From the NCBI RefSeq assembly GCF_009914755.1, contig NC_060935.1: 64,000 bases of DNA. One strand, given 5' to 3'. The stretch is from the human T2T-CHM13v2.0 reference genome, Homo sapiens. Below are positions 13,500 through 27,112 of the stretch, in pieces. The notes beneath the pieces are model-generated. The model saw only the letters and a list, made by a program, of their open reading frames with translations. It did not search any database and was not told the DNA's origin. A program made the translations under genes and the position numbers. Positions within the stretch are counted from its first letter, which is position 1; each line of letters begins with the position of its first letter.

Positions 13500-13680
13500 T
13501 CAACTCAGTGCCTTATGTGGATCATCTCATCCCCTCCCTACAAACACCCTAAGAGGAATTTGGTATTATTTTTCTGGAGGTTATAAATGGGGAAAGTGAG
13601 GCTCATAGGAGCTAAATGACTCGCTCAAGACCACCTGACTAGTTAATTGAAGACTCAGTGTCAAACCAAGGTTTTTCTGG
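13500..13680 (-). mobile_element. MIR SINE fragment
   Basis: aaatggggaaagtgaggctca...aaatgactcgctcaagaccac resembles the MIR core. Confidence 0.55.
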
Positions 13681-14899
13681 CCACAGATTCTAAGGTGATT
13701 CTTCACCTTGGGGCGTACCATCTCATGATGGACAAAGATGCACCTGCCTTCTGTGTATTAAGGATAAGAGAGGTCTTAGAACTGTGAAAAAAGGCAGTAA
13801 AAATTCCATTTTTAAATGCCTCACCCTCAGAGATCTCAAAATAATTTGCAGTAATTCCACCTAGCCTGCAGTATATGCATCTGTCCGTGATGGGAGAGAT
13901 GTTAGTTTACCCACTAGGGGTCTCAGTACGTTCTCACTGGTTCGGCTTCATGTTTTCATGAACACCCCAAAGTTCCTAATTGTTTATTCTGATGAGAAGC
14001 GCGGGTCTCCCCTTTGAAGCTAAAGCATAAAGTGTGCCTCTCAGCCTGAGCTCTTTTCTTCCCAGGCCTTGGGACAGGCCAGTGGGAACCTTCAGAGACT
14101 CCAAAACCCAAATGAATCCAGATTCACCATTTTTCTTTAATTGGTGGAGGTCGATTTGTTTTGCTCCAAGGCGTGTCAGAGCCCGCAGTGTGAGCATTGT
14201 GCCCCAAGAGTTAGCCTGTTTCATCGTCCTTCATTAGGATGCAGGGGGAAGTCCCAGCCCCGTCAACTGGGCCGGGGGAACAAAGGCAACATGGAAATTA
14301 GAGCAGGACGATGAATCCCTTGCTCTCCACTTTTTCAAAACAAGATTCTGACCATTTACTCGAGGACCCATTTTGTTGTTGTGTTCCATACAAAGAAACA
14401 GGAAACTTCAGAGGGAAGAAGGGGCCCCAGTTTCCTACACGGTGGCCCAAGGAGGCTGGAGGTTGCTGACGGTGTTGGCAGGAGGCTAGCTTGGCCTCAA
14501 GGCGGAGGAGGGGGCCGTTCCCCTTGTTGTGCTTCCGAGGAGGTCACCCAGGCACCGGGGGAAGTTTTTCCTCCTTCGGAAACAATCTAGGGCAGGTGAG
14601 GCCTGGGGTAGCAGCCCTTGAAGACTGTCCCATCGGAGGCTCTCACACCTTCTTGACAGCTGGTACTAGGCCAAATCTAGCTGATTATTTTGCATTCTTT
14701 ATCTCCTGTCCCATGAAAGTCTGAAGGAGAAATTTCTCCCCAGACCAATGGAATTCCTTTGCAAATAAATTCATTTCCAGCTTGACAAGGATGGATCCTA
14801 GTTTCTGAAATGCAGGTCCCAAGTCTTATTTTGAGGACAGGTGTTGATAATGAATGGCTCGTCTTCTAAATTGCCAAAACCTTTTAGTGACCACAGTAG

Positions 14900-15230
14900 C
14901 TCTCAAAATCAAAATACGTGTACCCTTTGAATGAACAGTTCAGCATCTAAGAATTTATCTTACAAAAATATTTCTATGTATGAACAAAGAAATATATGTA
15001 AGGATATTCATTGCAGTGCTCTTCATAATAGCAAAATGTTAAAAGCAATATCAAGTCCATCTTAAGGACTTGGATGAATATATAATTATATTAACACATT
15101 CAGCCTTTCAATGACTATTCAGCAATCATTTTTTCAAATCAGAATACCAACATGGACTGATCTTGAAAAAATATCCATAACATGGGGACTGAAAATAAAT
15201 TGAAAAATTGTATGCATACTTAACTCACTT
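14900..15230 (+). mobile_element. Ancient L1M(E) 3' fragment
   Basis: ctaagaatttatct...aaggatattcattgcagtgctcttcataatagcaaaa resembles the L1 ORF2 end/3' UTR. Confidence 0.55.
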
Positions 15231-15240
15231 GTGTTTAAAA

Positions 15241-15470
15241 CAAGGTTTTTCAACCTTGGCACTACTGATCTTTGAGCCAGATAACTGTTGTGGGGCCTGT
15301 CCTGTGCAGTGTAGGATGTTTAGCAGCATCACTGGCCTCTACCCACTAGATGCCAGCAGCACACCACCTCACTCCTACAATTATCACAGCCAACACTGTT
15401 TCCAGACATTGCCAAATGTCCCCTGTGAGTAGAGATGGAGAGCAAAATCACCCCTGGTTGAGAACCACTG
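15241..15470 (+). mobile_element. MER20 (hAT-Charlie DNA transposon), near full length
   Basis: Matches MER20 (gcagtgtaggatgtttagcagcatcactggcctctacccactagatgccag...ccagacattgccaaatgtcccctg...ggttgagaaccactg). 8-bp TSD gtttaaaa/atttaaaa. Confidence 0.88.
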
Positions 15471-17280
15471 ATTTAAAATAATGACACATAGACCACTTAG
15501 GTTTGCATACCGCAGAAAAAAAGGTCTAGAAGAATATCCTCCAAGTTCTTACAATGCTTCCACTGGGAACCAGGATTGGCCAGGAAAAAACAATGTTCTC
15601 TTTTTATTCTATACACCTCTGTACTGTTTGATTTTTTTGACATATATTTCTGCAATTAAGTAGAAAATCTACTTCTATTCCACTCCACTCACAGACATAC
15701 ACGTACATTAGGAAAATAAAGAGAATAGCTTCTATCAAGAGTCTGTACATCGGAATTCTATTTGGAAAAGAGAAACAGATGAGCTTTAACTGGGATGGGA
15801 AGTCCTTTAAGAGGACTCGCTAATGGGACATGATGGTAACCAGAGTTCATCAGTGAAGCATCTGGAGTCTCACCAAGACATACAGCAAGTGTCGTGTCTG
15901 AGAGATTGTGAACTAAGTGGGAAATGTGAAATTATGGCCTCTGGTTTTGAATTTGATGGGGACCAGTGTCTTGCATTCTCTGCTTCAAATCACTCATTTG
16001 CAAAACTGAGCATCTACCTTTCCACAAAGACTTGAAGAGAACATTAAAGCAGCACCTGTGAAATGATTTGCCCTCATCAGATTTGGCACTGCATAAATGA
16101 AAGATTTCTCATTAATGTTGATTTTGGTCATTAATATTGATTTTAAAGCCATTAAAAAAAAAGAGCCTAGTCTAATTTGGGCACTTCAGAGTTTGGGGAA
16201 CCCCAGATGCTTGGGTTTCTTCCTAATTTCAAAAGAATTCCCGCCAGGATGTTTTGAATTTGTTGGTATCCTCATGAGGAAAACAAGAAAATAAATCTTT
16301 TTGCTCTTTTTTGCTTTTCTAACTGATAGACTGCTCTGGAAAAATTGCTAAGGTTTACTCAGAAATTATAACATAAACTGCCATAGCCATTTTTTGTGAC
16401 GTGTCCCCCAGTGAGTTAGTTGATACTCATGCCAAATTTCCTAGAAGGAAAAATGAACCTGGATCTTACAGAAAACAGACAAACAAAAAACATTTAGTTC
16501 CCCCATACTGATGCCAGTAAATGACATATCGGATATCCACTGGTAACACCTTCACTTCACTATAACTACATGTTACTAAGGGAATTATGACTTTTGAACA
16601 ATATTTTGAAAACCAGCAAGGTAGAATTTTCCTGCCCATCTATGCTGATGCTTTAAAGTAATTTGAGACAGTTTGTGAATTAAGTTATGAATCAGTTCAT
16701 AGTGACATATTTTACATTCTTTTTTCATTATGTTTCTTATTTTCTTAATGGAATAACAATGCTGAGGAATCTGTTTTGACTCACAAGCTACCTGTGAATA
16801 TTTTAATCATAAGTTTTGGACCAATTTATTTTTCTTTCCTAATTTGACTCAGCTTCCTAAAGACATTTTGGCTTTATCTGGTGATGTTTTACTTCTTTCC
16901 AATTCTATTTTTTTTTTTTTATCAAAGTATTGTGTAATTCGTTCATCAAGAAATTAAGCCTTCCCTCTTTTTGTTTCCTCCTCTGAAGCTCAGTATTTGC
17001 TATTGTCAAGAATCTAGAATCGCTCTACATACAAATTCTTGAAGCCAAGAGAATGCAACATTTCTCTGGTCTGCCTTGCACACAACATGGCAGGCTCAAA
17101 TGAGGCAAGAACCACGAAGCAGAACATCATTTTCTATGTCTCTAGCAGTCACACTCAAGTGAGCTGTGCCAAACCAGGGCAAGGATGCTCTTAGTAGAAA
17201 TCAATGGCACACACAGGGACCCACTATTGAAACCATGGTTTCCATCTGCATTGTTTGCAAGAAAACATTAGTGAAAACTG

Positions 17281-17599
<319 letters not shown>

Positions 17600-17689
17600 T
17601 TAATTCAAAACATACACAAACTTTAGAGAATACTGCCAGACCAGGCTGTTAGATGACCACAGAGTACCTGTGCACTCTAGTTAGAAGTG

Positions 17690-18186
17690 ACTGTAGTAGA
17701 TATTGTTGGTGCTCTGCCCTCGGGTCTATTTTCTGTGTTTCTGTGGGCCCTTTTCCCCTCCCCATCCTATGGTATTTTACTTCCAATGGCCTGTACTTGT
17801 GATTCTCTTTCAGGGAACTGCTCAGGGGCTACTGGAACCACTTTGCCCACATGCATAGAAAGCCATATGTGCCCACGGTTTATGTCCTCCAGTTCCCCAG
17901 GGCAGCCCGCACCCAATGACTGATTGCTGTGGGCATATGAAAGCCCAGATCCCTTGCCTTAAAGCTAGAACATTACTCTAAGGAGTAATGTACATTCCAG
18001 ATCTCATGACAGGTTAACACTGAGGTTGGTATTTTGCCTGAAATCGCACCCCTACTTGGCCTCCTTCCCTTCCCAGGCCAGCTTCCCACACCCCTATAAG
18101 CTTCCCCAGGGAGCCTGTCCTTAACACTTCACTTGTGTACACATTCTCAACTCACGATCTGCTTTGGGAAAACCTACCTAGGAGAC
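17690..18186 (+). mobile_element. ERVL LTR16-like LTR
   Basis: cccaatgactgattg...gaaagcccagatcccttgcct...tctgctttgggaaaacctacctaggaga. Confidence 0.6.
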
Positions 18187-18834
18187 TCTCTGTCCTCCTT
18201 TGCTCTCCCCCAAATTCTTGTCCTTATGCACATCACATTCCATGCTGATGGCTTCCATCTGTGACACCTGTTTTCGGTCTGGTAACCAAGGCCTTATATA
18301 AGACATGTGTTAAAACATGACCATATAGTTTGTCATCCAATTCAAGACACTTTGCTCACGAAAGAGGATGCTATTAATAATTTTGCTCAGCAAAATGTAT
18401 ATCTACCACCCTCATTGCAGGGCTTCAAGTTATGCAATAAGTCACATTGGAGCCTGTGAATGGTGCCAGAGTATAAATCTAAAATACAGATCTTAGAATG
18501 GACAGGGATACAGACTGAGCCACAGGAAAGTTTGTTGACCTTTTTCAGTGTTTTTGAGCTCTGAATATTACTAGAGGCCATTGTATCTTTCTAAGAGGTA
18601 TTTGCAGCAAGTGAGGGTTGGAAATGTCAATAGACAAACCTAGGAAGTTGAAGAGAACCTGACTCAGAAGCAGCTATGCCCCTCTGAGAATCACTCACTG
18701 GGAGTATCCACACTGTGCACCATCTTGGACAGAGCATCCTAGACATGAAGAAAGAGTTGGCCCTGCAAGCTCTTAAAATCCTTCCATACCAGCCCCATCT
18801 GACACCTTAACTCCCACTTAGGAAGCATACTCAC

Positions 18835-18942
18835 GATTTTCACAGCGCTGCCCAGTATAGCCTGCCAAGCAGGCACACTTGTAAGATCCAGCCTTGTCAA
18901 GGACGCACGTGCCGTCATGGAAACAAGGGGATGAGGAGCATG
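18835..18942 (-). CDS. PAMR1: PAMR1 coding exon (probable exon 6), 108 nt, phase 1-1, EGF-like domain (A)[35 protein letters not shown]
   Basis: Acceptor ttctcttacag|CA and donor AATC|gtgagt; six-Cys EGF pattern. Confidence 0.97.
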
Positions 18943-19546
18943 CTGTAAGAGAAAAGGCATCCTTCAGTGCCACTATACATTGAGTCGATGTCTTCAGGCC
19001 CAGAGTCTTGACCAAAGTCTTTTAATTCCTTATTAAAGTCTTCTTGCAATGTTTTTTCTTCCCTTTACTGAATTCATGTTATGATTATTTGAAAATGCCT
19101 AAAATAGATACTCATTAAATATCAAATGTTGGTGATATTATTTGATGTTTTTGAGGGCCCCAGAAGTATGCTTAACGCTCCTATAGTCTGAAGACCACAA
19201 GGCAATGCAAACAAGAACATTAAATTGATGAAAGCAGAGCCATGCTTGTATCTCTCCCATAGGGGTTTCAGCGGACAGAGACATCCTTGGGTAGCTGAAG
19301 ACCATCTTTTTTCAAATAAAAGCTCACCATCCTGGGTACTGGGGCAATGCAACTGGAAGACAATCATTATGACACTGTTGAAGGTATATTCAATAATTTC
19401 CAAACTTACATTCTGTAATCATTAGTCCCTTGAGATGTTGATGTGTTTTACTAAGGGTTCTGAGCTCAAATATGTTAGGGAAATGTTGCTGACATTCAAT
19501 GCTAATTAACCAGATTTCTTTACTGCAGAACTTCTCAGTTCAATGC

Positions 19547-19588
19547 CCCAATATACATTGTGAGTTTCCTAATATACATTGTGAATTT
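19547..19588. repeat. 21-bp tandem duplication (2 copies)
   Basis: cccaatatacattgtgagttt followed by cctaatatacattgtgaattt. Confidence 0.8.
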
Positions 19589-21434
19589 CAAGCTTATTTG
19601 ACCTCAAAGCCTGCATTTTACAAGGCATCCTGGGGACTATTTTTCTACAGAAAAGATTTTGAGAAACATTCATCTGTGTGTTATCCATCAATCCTACATT
19701 CATTTATCCCAATGTAGAAGTATATTCCTTGGCTCAGTTCAACAAACCTGTCTTGAGTACTTGCTCAAAACATGACAAGGGAGAAATACAAGGAAGAACA
19801 GGATGTCCTATTTACCAGATTAAAACTACTTGAAGAAAAATATAAAACGACTATGACTTGAAGCATAATATAGTTAGTGTATTACGAAGAAAGAAGAGGC
19901 AATGCTACAAGACATTCAAAAAAGGGCAAAGCCATAGCTTGTTGGAGCAAGAGAAAAGATTTAGGAGAGGAGGAAGAATGTAGTAGGGGCTATGAAGGAT
20001 GGATTTTGATGTGCAGGTTGCAGACAGGTGACTTTAGCCAGAGGAAATATCTTGAAGGCAAGTGAACAAACAGGGATGTTTGAAAAATGGGAAGTGGTAT
20101 TATTTGACGGCATTGATAAAACACAGGCCAGTATTGCCAAAGTTCTCCAGGGGAGGTTGAGGAGGTCATTTCAGAGGAGCAAGACATTCTCCTGACCGTC
20201 CCTCAGTCCCAGATTCACAGACTGGCCAGCCACTGCTGCCCCTACCTGGCTTGCTGACTGTCCTAAGCCCCCACAGACACATCTCATGTGGGACGTTGCT
20301 CAGCCTATACCTGCAGGGTGTCACCAAGGGAAGAGGATTCAGCCACAGGCTGATCACACCACAGCAGCAAAGCATCAGAACTCCCAGGCCCTGCACAGCT
20401 CCACAGGGGGCAGGCACAGAGACTGTAGAGAGCACCTGCTGAGAGTTCCTGTAGGCAGCCTCCTAAAAGAGGGGTAGACCGGGGAGCAGGGTCTCCTGGC
20501 CTTGCTGAACAGACAGGACTGAAGAAACACTGATTATTCAGCCACCCACCTTCTTTCCTGAGACTTTCATGTCATACCCTATGAATAAGGAAGTCTTAAT
20601 GATCAGAATACCATTACGAGTTCTTTTTTAATTCAGTTTTTTTTTTTAAATCAAACTTCAAGCCTGTGTTTATTTTGTAAAACCTGATGCAATCTGATCT
20701 CAGAACGATGAGAGTGGGGTGATTGCTTAGGATTAAGCATTTTGTTCAGTTTGGTCAAATCCTACTTCCTAATATGATCACAGCAAGAGTTACAGTCAGG
20801 CTTAAAGTTACTCATCAAGTCAATGACATTTACCATTATAGTCTTTTAATACCTATTTTATAGGTGGCAAGTGGAGGGTAAATGTATGCCTAGGGTTGGG
20901 CAGCTGTTGAATTCTTACTATGTACCAGACTATGCCAAGCTCTCCATTTGTTCTGTCTCTCAGAGCCTCCTTAATGGAGAAGGATCTACTATTACTCCCT
21001 TATCACTCATTAGGAAACAGAGGCCCAGTGGGGTAGAAGAACTTACCCAAGGTCACATAGCTTGATCTGTCAGGGATTTAAAGCCAATGCTCCCAACCAT
21101 GAGAGGTCACCCTGTGTGAGCTCTAGAGCCGAACAGCTTGGGTACAAATCCCTAGTTCTGCCCCTATATCTGTGTGACCTTGGACAAGTCATTCAGCCTC
21201 TCCGTGCTTTAGCCACTGCCATTTGTATAAGGGAGATCATTCCTAGTTCTGGTTCTGAGTGAGTTTTTCTGAAATATACCTTGCTATTTCTTTTTTCTCA
21301 GTGTGTAGGCTGTTTCTAAGAACACAGCCTACTAGGTTTTAATAAGGATGAGAGGAAGAAAGGAAGGGACATGGAAAGGAGATATTTATCTGGAGCAAGC
21401 CATAAAATGCCACATTTGTCTCCTTGGCCTTTAC

Positions 21435-21652
21435 CTGTGATCTCCTCATAAATGGCATGGAAACCGTCAAAATTCTTGGAGCCATCGGAGTGGAAGAGGA
21501 CGTGGAGTGAGGATCCTATGCTCTGGATAGGAGCTGGCCGCTCGTTGCCACAGACACGCTTGATGATCTGGCCATCGCGGTTGTCTCCATCACGAACCTC
21601 AACATAGTCATACTGGCACATGTAGTCAAACTCCAGGCTCAACATGACAAAT
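21435..21652 (-). CDS. PAMR1: PAMR1 coding exon (probable exon 5), 218 nt, phase 2-1, C-terminal half of the CUB domain (R)[72 protein letters not shown]
   Basis: Acceptor cccacag|AT and donor ACAG|gtaaag; CUB motifs C.YDYVEV.DG, CG, F.SD.S...GF.A.Y. Confidence 0.97.
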
Positions 21653-21899
21653 CTGTGGGTGGACAGGGTGACGGAGGGAAGCAGATGGGCCCTGGACAGT
21701 CCTGAGACCGCTGGGCTCATTCAAGGCCAGATGAGGAACAGGCCTGAGGAACAGATGGTGTCACTGGCCTGATCGGATAGGAAAATGGTCCTCAGAGGTT
21801 GGCGAATTTCTCTTAGCAGAGGAGTATGTATTTGTGCACTGTTTGCATGTATGTGCACATGCAAGTGCCTGCCCAGGTGGAGCAAGGTGCCATAATCCA

Positions 21900-22262
21900 T
21901 GCAGAGACTCTTTGCATGTGTTGGTCTCTTTTCCAGGGCACTTTTTCCTCCCAGTCTGTGTGGCTGGTTCCTTCCTATCCTCAGGCCTAAGCTTAAATAT
22001 TCTCTCCTCAAAGAGGCTTCCCTGACCACTCTTTCCAAAGAAGATCCCTTATTTTTCTCATACTGTAGACATAAATTTCAACCTCTTATATTTACCTCCT
22101 TGACTTTTTGTGTGTCTATGTGTGGCCTGTCTTCTCCACTGGCCTGCAAGTAACTTGAAGGCAGAGAGGAACACCTGCCTCGTTCCACAGTTTTCACAGT
22201 GTCCAGCGCAGTGCCTGGCCTATGGAGATGCTACAGATATTGCCAAATATACGACTGAATGG
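21900..22262 (+). mobile_element. L2 LINE 3' fragment
   Basis: tcctcaaagaggcttccctgaccac...agcgcagtgcctggcctat resembles the L2 3' end. Confidence 0.6.
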
Positions 22263-23159
22263 ATACTTTATTGTAATTTTATAGTTGGAGAATGAAAAAA
22301 AGCTCATATTGTTTTGCAAGACTAAGTAAAGGGGAAAACAACAACAACAACAAAAAAAACCTCTGCACACTCTTCCGTTTGATGGAAGAATCAGAAGGTA
22401 ATTATCTTCTAGGCAACGATAATTCTCACCCAAAGAGTAGAGAAAGTAGCACCAAGTCAGAATTTCAGGGGTTAAGGAAACCTGACACATCCATGCTTAT
22501 CCAAAAGGGGTCTTGGGTTTGAAAACACTGAGATACACCAGATTGGAAACACAGAAGATGACATTAAGCCCCCGATTCCAAGAGACAAGAAAAGCAGCAG
22601 CCACATCCCAGGGCAAGAGAGGCAAAAGCATTTTTCCAGGATTCCCAAGGGAATACATGAGTATCAAGTTCACAAAATGTATGTCTGTACCTTCTCCTCC
22701 ACACTCTGGAGAAAAAATAGAAATAGAAAGGCCCATAACTGCTGCCTAAAATGTTGGGAGTAGGGATATTTCTGCCACCTACAGTAAAAACCCAACATGC
22801 CAGCATTAGGGAACACTGGAATATAGTGACAATCAGTATATTGATTGTAAGTGTTCTAAAAGGTACTATTAACAAAGAAATCCAATAACCGAGTTTCATC
22901 AGTGTTTACTTCACAAAGGGTTGATCACAGAGCTTTTGGGGTGTAGGTCCTGTGAATCGCATTTTGTACAGCCTGCTCTAACATCTAAGAGGACAGCTGA
23001 TTTCTTATGCAGATGCCACCATGCACTCACTGTGTGTGTTAAGGAATCAGCTCCTTCTCTTGGCCTTGATATCTTTGTCTTCAGAGTAAGGGAGAAGCTA
23101 CCACCTGACAGAAGCCACAGTTTTTTCCGAAGCTGAAGAGATAGTGCAACTATATTTGC

Positions 23160-24020
23160 GTTCATGCATTCATTTGTCCATTTGTTCACTTACTGAACAC
23201 ATATTTCTGGAGGCCAGCTCTGTCCCAGACACTGTACTAGGTGCTGTCAGCATAGCAGTGCCCCAGCTACCAGCTAGGCACGTGCCGGCCCTCATGGAGA
23301 TTAATTCTGGGTTAGAAGATAGATAATAAGCAAGGAGACTAAACAACAAGGTAATTTTAGAGTGCTGAGTGCCGTGAATCAAATTAACCAGGTAAGAGCA
23401 TAAAAAGTGACTAAGGTGTTAAGTTTCTGACACAATGTGGTCAAAGAAGCCCCCTCTGAGGATGTGCTAGCTGGGCAGAGGTTTAAATGATGCAGTAGAG
23501 CCAGCCTTGTGAAGGTCATGGGGCAGAGTGGTCCAGGCAGGGGAATCTGTAAGTGCAAAGGCCCTGGAGCAATGATGAGGTTGACATGTTCGAGAAACTG
23601 AAAGAAAGCCAGGGATGCTGCAAGGTGGTGAATGAATGGGAGAGTGATAGGATCTGAGGCCAGTGAGGGCAGCCTGCGATAGATCTTGTGTGGTAAGGAA
23701 TCTAGATTTTATTCCAAGTCTATAGGAAGCCTCTGAAAGGTTTCAACAAGGGGATAATGCCGGATTCAGATTTTAAAGGCTCCCTGCAGCCACTCTGCAG
23801 AGAGGAGATGGCAGAGCTGGCAGGAGTGGAAGCCAGGAAGCCAGTTAGGAGGGCATGACAGAATCTCAGTGGGAGATGGGTGTGGCTTGAAGCAGAATGG
23901 TGACAGTGGTGACAGAGAGCTGTGGATGGACTATTTTTCAAGCAGGAAAATAGACTTTGTGGTGGTCTGGTGGTAGGTGATGGAAAAGGGGCATCAGGGA
24001 CACCTGCTGGGCTTTGGGGC
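23160..24020 (-). mobile_element. L2 LINE 3' fragment
   Basis: cattcatttgtccatttgttc...cagacactgtactaggtgctg...gtgcaaaggccctggag...tctagattttattccaag. Confidence 0.7.
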
Positions 24021-25463
24021 TGAACATTGTGCCTATGCTTCCAAGTATTTCCATCATTATTACTGTCCCTGGCCAGGTGCTCCAGACTTAACTAAAGGAA
24101 AAGAAATCCACACATTTCCATGACTCCCTAAGGCCCTTTCCTGGGCAGCTAATATGCTTCTCAATCCTCCACCGTTTTGCTATTTTAGAATATCCTTTTG
24201 CATCTTGGATTTTGGAGAAGCTCCTCAGAGGCCCAGAGGGGACCATTTGTCTTGGTCCCTGAGCTGCTGAAATATTAACATGCAGCATTTAACACCTACC
24301 TTTATCATCCCTGCAGACCCAGCCTTGAGCTCAATGGGCGGAACAGTGTGGTTCATCGCTTGTTCCTTGAGCCAGGCTTCCTCTAGGAATTAATGAGACT
24401 CATTCCCAACCCCACGTCCTCAGGGAGTGGAAACACAAGCTGTCATGCACTAGTTTTGAAGAGGAAGATTGAGAAGGGGACTTGTTTTGCTGGATTTTTC
24501 TAATTCAGGGTACCATGTTGCCCCTCCTGGAGGACAGAGAGACATTCAAGGAGCCAGGTAGCATGTGGTAACCTCTGTGTCCATTTAGCCACCCAGAATA
24601 TACTTAGTGAAAGCCTGTGCCCTAGAGGATTAGGGATTTTAAATCCGTTCACTGTCACCACAGGGTTAAAATGAGAAGAGCTAAGTGGACAATGACCCTA
24701 GCCATTCTAGGGGTGAGTGAGGAAAGCGGGAGGTGTTTTTCATTAGAGAGAAGATACACTGCAATCAGAAGGCAGTTCTTTCAGCATTTATTCATGCAAC
24801 AAGCATTTATCATGCAACTATAGTGTGCCATGAACTGTTCCAGCACTATGATGCAGTCATGAACGGTTCTCACAAAACAGGACCCTCGTGTAGCATTTAT
24901 CAATAGTTACAATAAAACAGGATCTATACTTTGGACTGTGGCATAAACAACATTTGCGAAGGCCCTAAAGCTCCATAAAAAGAAATGACTCATCTTCCAC
25001 ACAGGTGAGAGAATTAGTTTATTTGTTGTGGGATGTTTGCTTTTTTCTGAAAGCCCCAATTAAAGGAGCTGTGACAAGCATCAGCCCCAATCTAAAGTAT
25101 AATTCTTTGAAAATTAGGCCTGTGCCTTTTATTTCTTTACATCCCTCCCATAGGAACCAGCCCAGTCCGAGTAAGTAGGAAACACTGTTTAAGATTTGCG
25201 GATGGGTAGATTGCTCTCAGTATTTTGCTTTGTTGACGTTATCCTTGGGTCAAAATCATCTGAGCCCCACGGTTCTAAAGTGTTGATGACAAGCATTTAG
25301 TTGGCTGCAGTTTCAGCCAGGCCTTATCCCAGAGAATCAGAGTGGTAAAGAGAAAGGCTCCAATATACAAAGGCTCCAGAGGATCCCAGTGACCAAGAGC
25401 CTTCCATCCCATTTCTGTATCCTTATAACCTCAGACTCCTGACTTCTGGCCCCAGCTCCTTAC

Positions 25464-25578
25464 CTTAGTTGGATGACAAACCCAGGTTTAGCATGAATGG
25501 TCCATTCACAGTGAGCATTTAGGGGATAGCTTTCCAACAAAATCTGACCCTTTGGGGCTCGCAGAACCTGGCCACATC
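25464..25578 (-). CDS. PAMR1: PAMR1 coding exon (probable exon 4), 115 nt, phase 1-2, N-terminal half of the CUB domain (R)[37 protein letters not shown]
   Basis: Acceptor ttcttttcttag|GA and donor TAAG|gtaagg; CUB signature CG...YP.N..C.W.I. Confidence 0.96.
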
Positions 25579-26504
25579 CTAAGAAAAGAAGAAAAGATTG
25601 GGACATAAAAATGGAGGTCAATAGGAAAGAGACTAGAGAAGGTCTCAACGAGACTTTGAGCACATGCCACACCCCTGAGAACAGGATGAATAGGGAAAAG
25701 GAAGAAGGAAATTAATGTTTCTCAAGCAGCTGGCAATGTGCCAGGCAATTTACATAGATTAATTCATTTAATCCACCCAACAGCTTGGGAAGGGAAGTGG
25801 TGTCCTCACAATTTTCCAGCTGGGAAAACAGATAGATGATCAGAGAGTTAAATAAATAACTTGTCTAGCCGCTAAGTGACGGAGCAAAGACTCAAACCTA
25901 ACTGTGTTTGAATGTAAAGTTCGAGCCACCCTATCATCCTTCCTCTCCAGGCCTGACAAATGCCAGCCTGCTGCCCCTACCTTAAAAGGCTCAGAAAGTA
26001 GACCCTCCCCACAGCTCTACTCACTTTCCTCCACCATCCAGGCAGGAAATCAAGGCATTAATTTATTCTATGAGTAGTTATGTAATAAATGCCTCTTTAA
26101 TGCATGACAGTGGAAAGGAGAGATGATTTCCAACCAGTTGGACTGGATTGATGATTTTCTCATTCTTTTCTTGCTCCCAACCCCTTTTGTTCAAATAAAG
26201 TCCTATCAAGATCACCAATAAAACTCAATGTATAAAAAAGGGGCTCCTGGTTAAAGCAGAAGTAGGGGCCCAAAACCCTCCACCCCGATCCTTACCTAGT
26301 CTGCTGAGTTACCTCCAAGGAATCCCTAAGATTTGAAAACCACCGTATTGAATAGTCTTTAAATTAGATCATGTTTTCTAGTGTTAAGATAAGCACAGGT
26401 ATAGAAAATGCACTGTATTTTTGTACCCAAAAGTTTGGGGAAAATGTCTTGAAGTGGCTCTATGGAAAAATTATTTGGATCATGAAATAAATGATATTCT
26501 CTAC

Positions 26505-26728
26505 CTGGGGGTTGCACACTATGATCCTTGGGCCAAATACAGCCCACTGCCTCCTTTTGAAAATAAGGTTTTATTGGAACACAGTGACACCCATTCATTT
26601 ATGTATTGCCTATGGCTGTTTTTGGACTATCATGGCAGAGTTAAGTAATTATAGCAAGAGACAGTAGGCCCCATGAAAATGAAAATACTTACTATCCGGC
26701 TATTCACATAAAAAGTTTACCTTCCCTA
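26505..26728 (+). mobile_element. MER58A (hAT-Charlie) DNA transposon
   Basis: gggccaaatacagccc...aataaggttttattggaacacagtgacacccattcatttatgtattg matches MER58A. Confidence 0.85.
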
Positions 26729-27112
26729 TTTCTATACAGAAATCCAGATTGCCTTCTTAAACTTGGATGCATAGTTATATTCAATAACTCCCCAAAAGTA
26801 CAAAATTTCATAACTAAAAATAAAAATATTACTAGTGGATACTGCACCATGGCAAGATGACAGTAGTAATATTTCTAGTGTTAGGAAAAGAGCCCAAACT
26901 CCACTTTTGACAAAGCTATGAGGTCTGAGGCTTCTTACTTTTGTGAAAACTACTGCTAGGTCATACAATCTATCTCTTCACTAAGATCTTTATTGCTGCT
27001 GCCCTGTGCCAATGATGGAAAGCATCATCCACCAGTTTCCACTTGGGGCTCCTGTCTAGCCCCAGCCTCCATCATCTCTCTCTGTAATCTCATCTCCTCC
27101 TTCATCTCCTAG

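Noticed and set aside
24985-24993. Perfect AP-1 site ATGACTCAT and other scattered TGACTCA motifs
   Set aside because: Short motifs expected by chance in 64 kb; no supporting cluster.
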